This document shows, in pieces, positions 11,540 through 25,058 of a stretch of 64,000 nucleotides of DNA. The stretch lies in contig CM119371.1 in the NCBI GenBank assembly GCA_051294905.1, positions 23,562,001 through 23,626,000 of the forward strand, given 5' to 3'. A model generated the notes under the pieces. The model worked only from the letters and a program-made list of their open reading frames with translations. It was not told the DNA's origin and ran no database searches. A program made the translations under genes and the position numbers. This stretch comes from Botryllus schlosseri. Taxonomy: Eukaryota. Positions within the stretch are counted from its first letter, which is position 1, and each line of letters begins with the position of its first letter.

Positions 11540-14242
11540 TGTAACACTACGACATCTCTCACTGCAAAGTGCAAGTACGATGAAAGTTGCGAAAAGTTAC
11601 CACAAAAGTGGTATCGGATATTATCTTGTTTCAACTGATACCAACGTTGGGAATACATTTTCACAAAACCTATTACTACGTTGAATGTCATCAGGATAAT
11701 GGGATATATTCCGTTATGATCATGAACTTGCTGGAAGAATCGGGGTAGCTAAAGGTTGTACCATTGGGAAGCCCCGCTGTATGTTGCTGATTGTAAATGT
11801 TTCGCACAATTACTGGGGTAGCATGAAAATCAGTCACGAAACAAATACGCAAGGAGGAATGTGACTATAGAAGACTGCAATGACAGCAACTAGGAAGATT
11901 CAGGAGATCTTATCTCATAATATGGTGACATTCAGCTGTGGATTCAAAGACTGCATCTCAAGGCAGGGAGCAAATGATGCACTGCGAATGATATTGGGCG
12001 CCTTTAATTTTGTGAACTACAGACACTGCTCAACGAAAATGCCTTGCTAGATAACTAGGTTACCCTCCAGTCCCCAATTGCAGTGCAGATGACTGTGTTT
12101 TATGCACTTGGCAAGCATTTTTGCATGTTACCCGTCATATTACAACTTTACAAGGTGTCATCTGTCTGTGTTTTGGTTTGTAATCTATAGTGTCTTCTGG
12201 TAAGTTTATCGCAAGATATCGGAGGAAAAACTTACGACACTCCGGAAAACTCCGGAAAAATAGCTGTAGTAATCTCCGAGTCCACTCCGAGTATCACAAA
12301 ATTGGCAAACCTCCGCTCCGAATAGACTCCGACTCCGCTCCGATGCTCATCACTAATATACATTAAACATTCAACATTACCAGCATGCTGATGTTCTTAA
12401 CAAACGAACTGAAAAACGATTCCAAATACCGTTGATTTCCATCTGATGATGTTATTGATTTTTGTTTGCGGTAATTTATCCTCATGCTACGTCTAAAGAA
12501 ATGGCGCGGTTAATATTAAACCGGCTGCTATCTATGGCTAGTGATTATGTATCGCATATTGACAAAGCGTAATCTTATTGGTGAGTTCGCTCTCTTGGTT
12601 GAATGTATGCCGTGCGAGGTGCACGTGCTGTGTATACTGGTCATGTATATGGTAGCTTGAATAATAAACTTACACGAACACTTGTTACACGACCCCACGA
12701 GAGGTGAATAGATCAAATTCCGCAAATATACCCTACATTACACCTTTGACGCTCAAAGTAGGGTCCGATATTCAAAATGGATGGCTAAGAATACACATCA
12801 ACGCGATTGTGTAAGGTGTGTAACATTTGCCCGAGTTGCATGCGGCTATATTAATAATACACGGTCTTAAGCAAGTAATATGTACATTTCCTAGACCGTG
12901 GTGTAAGCCTACTTCAGCACTACGGTACTGGGTACTTCTATCTTACAAGGTCGTTATATCTCAAATTATATGAAGAGAAGATTAGTCAAAAAAGTTGGCG
13001 AACGTCTGATCAATTGTATTCGAGATCTTGCGCCTACATTAATATTATGCTGGTTAACGGGAGATCGTAAGATGTCCAGTGAAGAAATTGTTGGAAATGT
13101 ACTGTGCTGTCCAATTGTACATCATAAAGTCCGGATTGACAGGACCCGTTTACGCTGACCCACTGCGATAATGTCCATAATGTAATCTGATGATGATAAT
13201 TCTGAAGAAAAGATGTATACTTGGGTATTTGACTCGATAATATTTAATTACCCACTCCCTCTCAATCGCCGTTAGTGACGTTGAAATCAATATTTGGAAG
13301 TGTTAACCATTGAGTCGATTGTTATTTGAAGTATACGCTTGATTCAATCGCCGTAACTATTCTTTCGATAGTAAGTGTGTAAATACTCTGGTATTTGTAT
13401 TTCGTGAAAGGCTTAAAGTCTAGTGCAGTTTTAAACTAACATGTCCTCGTAATAGATGCTAATGGTGAATCTCTCTTCAGGCAATCAATTTACGGAGAAT
13501 TACACGTATAGAAGTTTAGACGGAGGATACGTACTAAAGATATGTGATATAGATAAAAGCATACTAGATCTAGGTAAAGCGATTCTGTATATAGGATTGT
13601 AGAGGTGCGAACAGATGATGGAATTCACTATCGTAAAAATTCCGGAAAACTATTGTGCAGTCCTTCTACTTTCGAGATAAACCCTCTTGTTAATCAGCAT
13701 TGAGTTTTTCAAATTTTTATAAGTCAGGGGCTTCCAAAGGAGGGGTCACGATCCCAATGGAGTCGTTGTCTAGTCTCGGGGTCCCGGAGAAGAATATTAA
13801 CTCCCAATGGCTATTACAAGAACGCCAATTACGCGGATGCTAACGGCGTCTAATTTCTGAATATTTTAAATCATTTTTCAAAAAAAGAAGAAAGCACGAC
13901 CCCTGAGGAATGCGCACCGGTATAAACACGGTATCGGATCACTGAAGTCACCACCTATTATAACTTAAGGGTATATCGGGGGCATAATAAAAATCACTAA
14001 GATATTAATTTTTTCATCCGGACAAACTACAAGTGACCAGTAGTGCTACGTGTTAACAATTGTATAATACATACACACACGCTCGGCGCGGTCGTATAAC
14101 GTAGAGCGATAACTGTGTTTCGCGTGACACAGAGTACCATTTTAATTTACATCTATATACTTGATTTAGCTGTATATTATCTTTTGCTCTTATTATGTCT
14201 TATTCTGTCTATATTCACTATGTATTTCATAGACTTCTAGAC

Positions 14243-15045
14243 CAGTGTTTCGCAACGTTTTTGTCTTCGCGGGCCCCCTTCCGGCCCTCACGGACCCCTG
14301 CGGACCAAAAAATCTTTTGTTCCAATTTAGCCCAATTATCGTGAAACAGTGCAACAGTCACCTTTTTCCTACAAATAATTCCTGTAGGCTAGTTATAAAC
14401 GGCAATAAAATGACTTTTTTGATAATAAAATCATACTATTTATGTAGAAATTGGGTGGACTTAGATTATTTCAAAGCGCATTTCTGCATTTTTTTATTAC
14501 GTGATCGTGTATTCAAATTCCGCGCCTTCGATTTGATACGAATGAGTACCGAAAATCCATTTCCGTGAAGATAGGTGGTGGCGAATGTAGTAATTAGGGG
14601 CAATGCCTCCAATGACTCCAATGCGCATGATCGAAACGGTGCCAAAATAGGGCAAGAGATTTCTTAATGAACATACAACGTCAAGCCTAGTCATTTCTAT
14701 CTAGTAGCTCAGCTTGAAGTTATTCTGGAATAGGGCTTATGTAAATCAAATGAGAAAATGGGATTTTGAAAACAGTTCGAATCAACCCCAACAAACATCT
14801 ATAAACAGCAATATATTTGTGTCAGAAAGCTATAGTAAATTAACATGAGTTTGCACAGTCATTTCATCCGAGACGGCGATTCTGTTTATGTGAGTCATCA
14901 AGTTTTAGCTGTAATGAAGCACAAACTGCCTCGTGATTCTCCTAACATAAATATATATATAAAGTAGGTTATCAACTGTTTTGCAAATTTGAAGGTTTCG
15001 CGGACCCACTGGAAATGATTCACGCACCCCGGTTGTACACCACTT
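14243..15045. mobile_element. Non-autonomous hAT element
   Basis: Starts CAGTGTTTCGCAAC, ends GTTGTACACCACTT; TSD TTCTAGAC at 14235-14242 and 15046-15053. Confidence 0.75.
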
Positions 15046-16709
15046 TTCTAGACGAACGCCTAGGTTATTTACTGCAATGTAGGATTATACTATCTCGCAG
15101 TAGACTACCCCATCGAAGCAGACGACACAATTTTCTGTAGACCTGCGTTCCGAAAATCAAGGACTGGGGTCAACATTAAATATATACTGGTAATCATGGA
15201 TACTCGCGCTCCAGTTTCTTCCACATGATAGACTCGCGGGGTTCCAATTTAAATCATTTGCGTCGTTTGACGTAAATGTACACCAACCGAGTAAAAGATT
15301 ATTTCGCTACCATGTCCTTAGCTGATAGTCGTTAGATCACCATTTATTTGTCCTGTGTTGAAATTATGAATGTTTGGGTTGATTGATGATAATGAACATC
15401 AGCAATGATAATATCAGTTAGTTCGTCCGGGAACTGTTTCTATGTAAACGGCGAAAGTGTCGAAGTCAGATTTTCATTAGCCTGTTTACATAACGCTTTT
15501 GATATCTGCGTTACACTCCCAAATTTTACTAACGCATACATGGGCGAGAGATTATAGTCATTCGAGATTCGAATTGATTTCGAAAGTTCTTTGAGCAAAT
15601 AGCTAATAATGGAATTGAATGGATATACCCTTCAAACAGTCAAAGCCGATTCACCGTGCGTGCATAAACTTAATTACTCACTGAAGCCTAGGATAGGCGT
15701 AGCACAACGATTTCTCGGTGCCGTTACTGTGAAGCATTGAATGAATTGTTTTCATAGATCTGTCAACAGCAACACATAAATATGTGGGTCTCATTTGGTC
15801 TGCCATGCCATTTCTACGGTTAGGCAAAATGTTCGATTCCGATTGTAGTATAAAGCGTTGAATCGAGTGGAGTTTTCGTGTCTCACCCATTACGACATCA
15901 TTGACATTGGTGATATTTGACAAAGTAAAAGTTTTTCCTTATAGTCGACTACAATTAAGATATGTTCAGTTCGGCCTAATCAGGAATAACTTTGTATAAT
16001 TCTTCCAGCCCAATCGATTTGTAGTTTTGTTTAGAACGCCACTTAGGTAATCGAGTCAGTCCGAACATTGTTGGCGTATTTGTAAAATGTCTTTTCATGC
16101 ATCTCGGTTCATGATGTTCGTTTCTGGTGGGGGGTGAAGTTAATGAACTGTACATAATTGACTGTCATTTGACCTTTCAGCAGCGCTAAATTATGATGAA
16201 CATGGGTTCGTCTTTTCATTCATATTTGCAGTTGTTACAGATCATTCAAAGGACATGGCAGGTCGGATAATACCTGCATGATTATATAAATATATCTGAA
16301 AACATCCCACCTATCTCCATGATTTCATCATTTGTTACACGACACACACATCACAGTACATGTGATTTAATGTTAAGAATTCAAATGATAATAATTATCA
16401 TCAACTAGTCACACAAATAGAAGACAGTGTGGAAACGACTTGTTTAGTATTCTTCCAAGAAGGCACCAGCATTCGCCCAGAATATGCAAATGATAGTCGT
16501 GTTCACTCACTGAGAATAAGATGACTCAAAAAAGGATCAACAGGAGGCGACGAAATTGTTGTGGCATGTGACCGCCGGCGAAGTCAAATGTCAGATAAGG
16601 TCCCGTGATCTCGAACACTGGCTTATTGGGGGATAAGTTGTTATGCAGAATCCGACAAATGATAACAGATACAGCAACCGCAAAAGCTCCAGAATTCCTA
16701 TACTCAAGT

Positions 16710-16860
16710 GTAGTAGGTGTATCTAGGCTCCTCTTCTCCATCTCATCCGTGTATACGGTATCTCATAAAAGCCTATAGAATTTCGCCGTGCTACAAGTCG
16801 GCAGCTACGGAATAAAAATGCTGAAAGTTGGCCTCGTGTACATGACAAATTCCACAGTAC
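16710..16860 (+). mobile_element. SINE body fragment
   Basis: CTACAAGTCGGCAGCTACGGAATAAAAA core shared with the 8993 and 23035 copies. Confidence 0.6.
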
Positions 16861-17079
16861 TAGAAAAAATCTATAAATACTCTGGACGCACCAGACTTGC
16901 CGAAGCAGCCAGGCGCAAAAGACGCGTCGCGCTTCTTATTGAGAATATAGTAGAAGAAACACAAGTCAATAACCAGCGACCATACATACCAAAACGACTG
17001 CTTACTACTGCAGAATACTGCATGTAAGTACTTTACCAGTGATGCCGTCTGGTATGATCTTCACATCCTGCCTCTAGTG

Positions 17080-17909
17080 CAGGGCGAGCGACATACGGCC
17101 CGTGGGCCGGATCCGGCCCGCAGACAGTTTTCCGTCTTACATGATAATGTGGCCCGCGGCCCCAGTCTTCCAGGATTCCCTACTACTTGTTTAAATGCAT
17201 CGGATTTTAGTCACCATATTTTATTATACACATGTATGCGCAGCGAGCGAGGGTGGAGCTAACGCGTAAGTTCGTCGAAGCGAGAAGATTTGCATTATCG
17301 GCATTTACGATGTACTTAACCCAAATGTCATTTGTGGTCATCATGGTGTTTGTCGACTACAATGGTCAGGTCATTTACATCACGCCGACATTTCTTATTT
17401 TTGATTCCGTAACCGTCGACTTGTAACACGGCCCACTTCTAACCTTTTGTAAGACACCGCTTATGCCAGTGGTCGCCAACTCAAAACGGGCCGCGGGCCG
17501 CATGAATTTAATATCGAGGTAAAATAGGCCCCACAGTTGAACAATCTCGCTATCTCGTCTTCAACTAAACTCTAATGAATTGATATTTGGTAAATTTGGG
17601 GTATCGGGCTTATCGAACGCATTGAAATCTTCATTATGGATTGCACAGTGTGTTGATTGATCAGAGAGAAGCAGACATGGTGGTGCCTGTATGGCAATGC
17701 TGTTCTCACATCCACATTGTCTTCGTCATTATTGGCGAGAAATGGCTTGAAAACTACATTGCTGTCGTTAAATTACATTCATTAAATACGAATTATTCCT
17801 TGTTTATGCGGATAAATGGGCTGATAATGTATCAATTCAGCAATCCGGCCCACCAAGTACTTAATTTTCCAATATCCAGCCTGCCGACTGGAGAAGTTGC
17901 CCGCCCCTG
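17080..17909. mobile_element. Non-autonomous hAT element
   Basis: TIR CAGGGCGAGCGAC / GTTGCCCGCCCCTG; TSD CTCTAGTG at 17072-17079 and 17910-17917. Confidence 0.85.
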
Positions 17910-18638
17910 CTCTAGTGTAACGTCAACTTCCAATATCACATATTTCTTCTTACAACTATTATACAGCCAGAAACAACTAAAAAGTGCTTTTATTCAGCAA
18001 CTATTTCATATATTCATATCCGCCAGCTATTAAATCCATAGAGGCACACTTTCTACTGAGCAGCTTTCTACTGATACAGGCACGGGACTAACTTTCCGTA
18101 CGGAAGCAAAAGAGCCATGAAGTTGACCCGACGATAACCATAGCGGCAGACTCCGCGAACAGTAAGTCGCTGTCTGAAAAGAAACTCAGTAAACTAAGCG
18201 AGAAACAGTACGATGGAATCCTGCGCGGCAACAATCGCGGCTGGGAAACATGCATGAGTGAATCCGCGTTTTGAGAAAATACGTAATGATGTTCAGGTAT
18301 CATTAGAAAGAAGCACTTTGACCAGCACATTTTACTGAGTGGACGATAACATTCAAAAGTAGATATTTAGTTAACACAAACCAGTATCGTCAACATACCC
18401 GATCGAGTTAGCAAGCTGATCTAATGTTATATGATTCGTTCAGAAATCATTAGCAAGGAAAGTCTCCGCTGTAAGATCGTGACTATTTGAAAATCACAAC
18501 TATCTGTCTATCTGTCGCCGTACAAATTTTACTTGTTTCAGCACAAATTTGCCAATACGACAGCTAACTATATATAATAGGATAATAGCTGATTTATTAA
18601 TCGGATATAACAATCCGAGAATATAGCAAACTGTTTCA

Positions 18639-18699
18639 ATGGCAGAAGGAGGTCACGACCCGACTGCTCGCGTCTCATCATCGAAGCCTAGCATCGCAA
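18639..18699 (+). CDS. NLR-like gene, predicted first coding exon (MAEGGHDPTARVSSSKPSIA)
   Basis: ATG at 18639, donor A|GTGAGT, phase 1; frame-compatible with the next exon. Confidence 0.65.
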
Positions 18700-19202
18700 G
18701 TGAGTGCTTATTTTCGCAATATGGTCGTGAATGGAAATATTAGTCGTTACCAAATGCTAACCAAATACTAACTTTTCAATGAATAGACCACATCTTTCCA
18801 ATATTTTAAATTGCTGGAAGGATGCCACTGTGACGATAATAGGCATAGTCCTGATCCTTTCCCGATGACTTAGCATCGCCGGGAGGCAATTCCGTTGCTT
18901 TATGTTCAGAAAATAACCCATATTCGTTATTTACCAGTTTCCATTACATATATTTAACCATCATGAAGCTCCTGAATTGAAAAGAACCATACGCATTCAC
19001 GAATACCCGCGTCGCTAGGAATTTCCTTATGCTTCGTAATACTTCGTATTTATAATTTTATAACATATTCCTGCTGTCGAGCCTACCGAGATTGTTTCCA
19101 AAAGATAATCACATCCTCGTACGCATGTATATCTGGAATTTAGTGGTACTTTTTTCATGAATTAGAGCATTTATTAAAATCAGATGATCCATTTTCATGC
19201 AG

Positions 19203-19292
19203 TTTTGGCGAAAGGAGATCACGTCACTCAACATTTTGAAAATGCTACGGTGAACGTTGTTGCAGGAGACCAGTACAACACGGTGATTAACG
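19203..19292 (+). CDS. NLR-like gene exon 2 (ILAKGDHVTQHFENATVNVVAGDQYNTVIN), RHIM/amyloid-like motif
   Basis: Acceptor CATGCAG, donor G|GTAAGC, 90 nt, phase 1-1, no stop codons. Confidence 0.7.
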
Positions 19293-20026
19293 GTAAGCAG
19301 AGGTGATCAGTAAAAATGTAGTTGTACTGTTTCGGAGTACGCAAGTAGGTTGAGCAAATAATTGAACTACTCACTCAACTTTACCAATTAGAGTACTTTC
19401 CAATCTTTAATTCTCCACTTCGACTTTAAGTAGATCTGAAAAGTCTAGGAAATGATCACTTATACTCGTAATTAAGGGCAAATTTTTACAACAATAATTG
19501 TACTTCCACTTGAACACTTAGACGGGCTTCTTTCATTTCAAGTTATACTGTACAAAGGTGCATTTAGCGCGATATTGACGAATCATTAAAGCAATACATT
19601 CGGCAGTCGAGTCAGAAAGACGACTTTATTTTAGTTAACACAACAAGAAATTATAGTACAGATCTTAGAATCAGCAGTTTTCTAGTCCGGCAATCTGTCA
19701 TTTATAATTTGTAATAAATGTCCTCCTTTCCGGATTCCAAAATATGGTCACCCTACCGAATTTATATAGCAAATATGACTTGGCAATGTTGTGACAAGAG
19801 CTGTACACAAATTTATCTGTACTGTTAACCATTCGTTCATCACATAAAAGACAATGCGAGTGAATCAAATTATACACGACACAGAAAACGCTAGAAAGGC
19901 GCCGGACCCTTATCAGGTATAGGCTCTAATTAGATACAGCGAGGGCGCTGATCTTTATTGCATACACACCTTACCAAATTTAGAGTTGGATCATGGATCT
20001 TTTTCAAATCGACACCGAGTCACGAT

Positions 20027-20224
20027 CAATGTTCACTCTAATTTTTGACGAGTCTGCGCACACTCACCAACTCACTGCGTAGGTAGACCCTTGGACAACA
20101 GTGCGTAACAACTAAAAAAAGGGTCATCGTTTCGGATTTTTTGTGCGCAACTTAGATTTTCTGTGCGCAGAAACCATATCAGCGCTGCGCATTTGCGCTC
20201 GTGCGCAGCTTAAAGGGAACATCG
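20027..20224 (-). mobile_element. MITE, CAATGTTC family copy
   Basis: Inverted homolog of 3440-3624; near-TSD GTCACGAT/GTCACGGC. Confidence 0.75.
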
Positions 20225-20927
20225 GTCACGGCCATAAAAAGATATGACCCATCACGGACCACAAACCAAAATGATTTCTGCGTTGATTCCTTACTATTGT
20301 AAACTAACCAATGCAGGCTACTACAAACATTATGATAACTGAAACAAAACCAACACGTAAACACCAGCTTATTTATTACAGAAATCCATATTACAAATTC
20401 AACTGGCAATCTAGAATATGGGTTGCAACTGAAACAGCTGGAACTGGAAGCACGTAAGTCACCATGCAACATATCAATGATTTATTCCACGATAGTTCAA
20501 TGTGTGCGATATATACTATTCGTAGTGAACGACGAGTTTCGTAATATCTCGGCTACAAGCGTAGTGACGTATAGCAACTTGCTCTCTCATAATACACGTT
20601 TCTTCGAACTATCCGCGGTTTTATGATGTCATCATCATACGTAGGAATTAGCTCTGGCGACTGCCTTGCTGTAGGTTATGGCGTTTGTCTTGCTGTATAT
20701 TGTGGGTTCGATTTTCGATATAACATATCGATTCAGCGCTACGCATCTATCATGTCTTATACTTTAGCTGACACTTTCTTCAGGTATTCTCATGGAAATG
20801 ACATTGTATAGTGTACGAGTTCATTTATTGCGTAAAAGAGCATAATATATCAATGACAGTCGCATGTACGATAATCTAATGGATATAACGACAGACACAA
20901 ATTAGTCGCACGTACGCCATACCTGAT

Positions 20928-21560
20928 TAATTTTGTAAAATGAATACTAATGTTATTAAACCGTCTAACACTTTACGATGAATTTTGAAAAGTATATAGA
21001 AAATTATTCTTTTCCGATGCACTATAGATTTCAATACTCTGGATTTTGTAGAGTAGGCAATATACTAATTTTACTACGCCGCATCGAATGTTATAGAGCA
21101 GAAAGAAACGACTTTCTACAATGTAATAAAGACTTTACACTATCGATTTTGTAGAACGAATGCTAATCTGATTAGACTATCGAACACTTTTACGCTGAAT
21201 TTTGGAAAGTAGATGGAAAAATACTCTTTTCCAATGTAACAAAGATTTTTGCATTATGGATTTTGTGCTGCATCTGTATATACTAATTTTACTAAACAGC
21301 CGAACACCTTTACATCGAAATTTATAGAGTAGAAGGAGACTACTTTTTTCAATGTATTACTGACTTTTACACTATGGATTTGTGAAATGAATACAAATCT
21401 TATTAAGCCGTCAAACACTTCACGGCGAATTTCGTAAAGTAGATAAAAAACACTCTATTCCGACGTAGGCTACTATAAAGTTCCACACTCTGCATTTTGT
21501 ACAATGTACACTAACTTAACTAAACCGCTCCGGCTTTTATCGAGTAGAAAGAAACCCCCT
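20928..21560. repeat. Diverged tandem repeat, ~105-118-bp units
   Basis: ATTTTGT..ACTAAT..AACACTTT..AGTAGA motif recurs at about 20930, 21042, 21145, 21259, 21377 and 21493. Confidence 0.8.
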
Positions 21561-23034
21561 TATATTTTGATGTCGTAAAAATACCACAAACTCCGGTAGC
21601 GTTCAGAAACGATGAAGAAATACTTGTTTTTGCGTTCACTCACAAAATACGGAAGTGTTTATGATATTGGACTGACTGGAAAATTGCCTGACGATATGGA
21701 ATATTTGATTCCGGGATATATTCCAATTAGAATTTCATAACCTGATAGCACTGGTCAACAAAAAGAAAAAGAGAAGAAATTTTGACAGAACACCTGAGAA
21801 ACGTTTCTGCGGTTTTCGAAGTTGCTATTTAGGAATATTATATTAATTTGCCTGATGGGCTCTAGAAAAGAAGACATTTATATCCCTATAACGCCTAAAA
21901 TCGCTGTATTCGCGGTGGCTTTAAAACGTTTCGGAAACACTGGGTTAGATGATTCAATCGGTGATTTCATTCTTACTATATTAGCAATTTCGGAATCAGT
22001 ACCGCAATATCACTCGATATAACGCGTTATTTTATATGTATGCGCTGTTTATGATGAATTGCGGTATCACAGATGGTGTTTTATTTGCATGTGCCTCACT
22101 CGTCCATGCGCCATATTTCTTTTATGGACAATGAACGTTAAAATTACGTAATGTTATTTTTATACATATATACACTTATATGAAGAGAAGGAATCACATA
22201 TGTGAAGGCCTGATACCTAATTAACTAATGGGGGAAATTAGATTTATATGCGAGAGGTGAAAAGGGATAATCTGCTAATATTCCGTATCCATGCCGGACT
22301 TGCCGGTGTAGTAATAAGTTGGCCGATATACCTAATATAAAATCAACGTCTAGTTGCTGTCAATTTTTGACAACTAATGAATTTCAATAAGGTATACGGA
22401 TATATAACTCGGAAACCGAAAACAATTTATGTTGACTTCATCTTCTTAACGAACTCCGGCATTGATTTTCGATGTCGCTATTTCTAAATAAAATTAAAAA
22501 AAAAACTATTTTACTGAGTTTCAGGCAGTATTGCGTCCACTTTGTGATGTTATATTTTATGATTGAGAATTCGCACAAAACTTTAAATTGACTAATGGTG
22601 GCCAAACTTTTTGGGTTAGTGGCTGACTGGAAAAATTATAAAACGCTTTTAGCACACTTGCAAAAAAGTTGTTTTTCAAAGAAAAAACTTAATGTGGTAA
22701 AGAAATGGTTTTGCGACGTTTCGTATAACAGTGGTCTGTTCTTTTGCAGAAAGATTGTTGATTCCTTGCTTACGAATAGACTAATAACCCATCTAAAGTT
22801 GTGAACATCAAATCCTTAGAACTCTTTCAATGCAAGTGGAATTCCAGACAGTGCGTTCAGGTTTTCGTTTTTTTTACGAGATTCTTCACAAGGAGTGTGA
22901 AACGAATTTTCGACACATAGTACCCGATGATTACGGGACGATTACACACTCATGGGCACTGTCATGATTGGTTCGATTTCCATGGTTATATGTGCTTATT
23001 TATCAGTTACGAAGCAGTGTCGCATATAGTTATT

Positions 23035-23185
23035 TTCCCTCATCCGCGTGAGCGGTGTCTTACTAAAACCCTAGAATGGGACCGTGTTATAAGTCAGCAG
23101 TGACGGAATAAAAATGAAGAATATCGGTGTGATGTAAATGACCATAGTAGTCTACCGACAACATGAATACCTCAAAACAAACAAA
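23035..23185 (+). mobile_element. SINE 3' portion
   Basis: Core GCGGTGTCTTAC...AAGTCAGCAGTGACGGAATAAAAA plus (AAAC)n tail. Confidence 0.6.
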
Positions 23186-23356
23186 CTATAGTTCTCCCAA
23201 AAATTCCAAAAAGATTCTCGGCACCCCTTACAATATGTGGTGACACGTCAATGTGCCTAACCGCACAGTTTGAGAATCAGTAAACTATACAATAAAATTT
23301 CACTTAACACATGACCGGTATCAGCCTACATATAAAGACAAGCACATTGATTACAG

Positions 23357-23431
23357 AGCTCACTGTGGTTAATCCATCGGGCAGTTCTGAGAGTAAAAAA
23401 AAACTGAATGCGCAGATAAGTTCAGGAGCTG
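23357..23431 (+). CDS. NLR-like gene exon 3 (ELTVVNPSGSSESKKKLNAQISSGA)
   Basis: Acceptor TTACAG, donor G|GTGAGT, 75 nt, phase 1-1, open frame. Confidence 0.65.
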
Positions 23432-25058
23432 GTGAGTTTCTATAAAACATCTTAATGGATTGTTTGACCTACATGATAGTAATGAAATATACTCTTACTT
23501 CAAGCTTATTCTAACTTATTATACTACTTCCTAGACCGGTTATATTTTAAGCTACTTCTACTTGATAGATTTAAGAATGCCTAATTATTTACATATTTGT
23601 GAATCTCAACTTTTACTTCTTCTTGAGTAGTAACTGCAAGCTTACGAACAACAATGACTATTTTGACCACTCTGGTTCATTCATAAATTTTATCCTTCGG
23701 TGACTTCCCACTTACTTCTAGCCACGGGAGGCGGATAGCTATTGGCTGGGCAGATCCAAGTAGCAGGGTAGATCCAAGTAGCTTTGAATCCCGATATGCC
23801 TTTGCCATACCGATTTTACCTGCCAATCTCAATCTGTAGTCGACAGTCCCTGTCGTCATCAAGTAAAACGTTCAAAAGTAACTCGACGCGATGTACCCGC
23901 AAACCAATTAGTCGACTCGGAATCCAGTTACCTCCTTGAATTCACTCACTCACGAAATTCGAGTACGTAGTATTTCGACTGTAGCAATGCATTTCAACCT
24001 GTGTGACGCTTCGCACTAGTGCGAATGAAGGAAATTGCATTGCGAATGACGGAGGTGGTGTGAATGAAAATCCGGATTGAGTGCGAATGAAAATCGTGAA
24101 TACTTTTAATTTTTCTGACGTGGAATAATTCACATAAACGTAATGCGAAATTCAAGGGCAGTGTAACTTTTGTGATTGCGACGCAATTGTAAGTTGTTTG
24201 ACTTACGACGCACCACTAATCGTAGGTCTCACAGAGTCACAAGCCGTAGTGCATTAATATTTCCGCCCTATAATTATTACGTAACCAAAAGCCTGGTTTG
24301 GAAGCTGTAGCTACACACACAATTGTGTAGTGACAGTCATACAGTACGTCAGCCCGTCTGAGCCTGCGACAGGCTGAAAAATGACGTCAAATTGACTTTC
24401 TGCTTTCTTTCGCTGAACAATCGTCGTATTTTTGTATTAACTGTTCAATTACCGCGAGACATGAGAATAGTAGTAAATACCACTATTACAGACTCACAAT
24501 CGCAAGTTACTGTAACGCAAATTTTTACCCTTCCACGGGTTAATAAAGTATGGACCGCAAGCGGTTGGCCTAAAAGTTTGGGCCGACACTCGACACGGTG
24601 CCAGTGTTATCTGTTAATATGTATATGTAATTTGTTGAACTGATTGCAAAATATCCTGCGATAGTATTTGCATATCCAAGGTCACTGTGTTGGGTACTGT
24701 AGCCAATAAGCGAGACACGCAGAAATAACACTTGATCATGGCAATCGCCCGACCTTTTCAGCTAGTTTGTGCGAATGAAATTTATTTCACAAGAAAAAAG
24801 GTTGAAAAGCACTGGACTATAGGATCAAGGGATGTCAATACCGTATCGACGAAATAACTACTAGGTTGCATGTTGTTTTTCTTCTGAGGCAATTTCGGAA
24901 TTAATCATATTGATGCATGCATTGCTAAAGTGCTGATACTATACCTGAACGACCAACTACCAAGCTACTAATAAGGTCATAGCTGTGTTGTGGATATAGC
25001 ACATAAATAAATATATCGAATCTGCATCATCATCTTATTTCCGACTATTTTTTTTTAG

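Noticed and set aside
11560..12100. Cys-rich degenerate coding-like segment, possibly a transposon CXC remnant
   Set aside because: Too many stops and frameshifts to assign
16895..17023. Possible exon RLAEAARRKRRVALLIENIVEE.. ending at GTAAGT
   Set aside because: Isolated between repeats, with no partner exons or recognisable domain
18080..18297. Coding-looking stretch upstream of the NLR ATG, possible death-domain remnant
   Set aside because: Contains stop codons and the similarity is too weak to support
20928..21560. Repeat array considered as CRISPR-like
   Set aside because: Eukaryotic context, whole units are homologous (no unique spacers), and no cas genes
19298..23674. CAGAGGTG..-type termini apparently flanking NLR exon 3 (transposon-captured exon?)
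   Set aside because: No matching TSD; more likely two separate old MITE fragments
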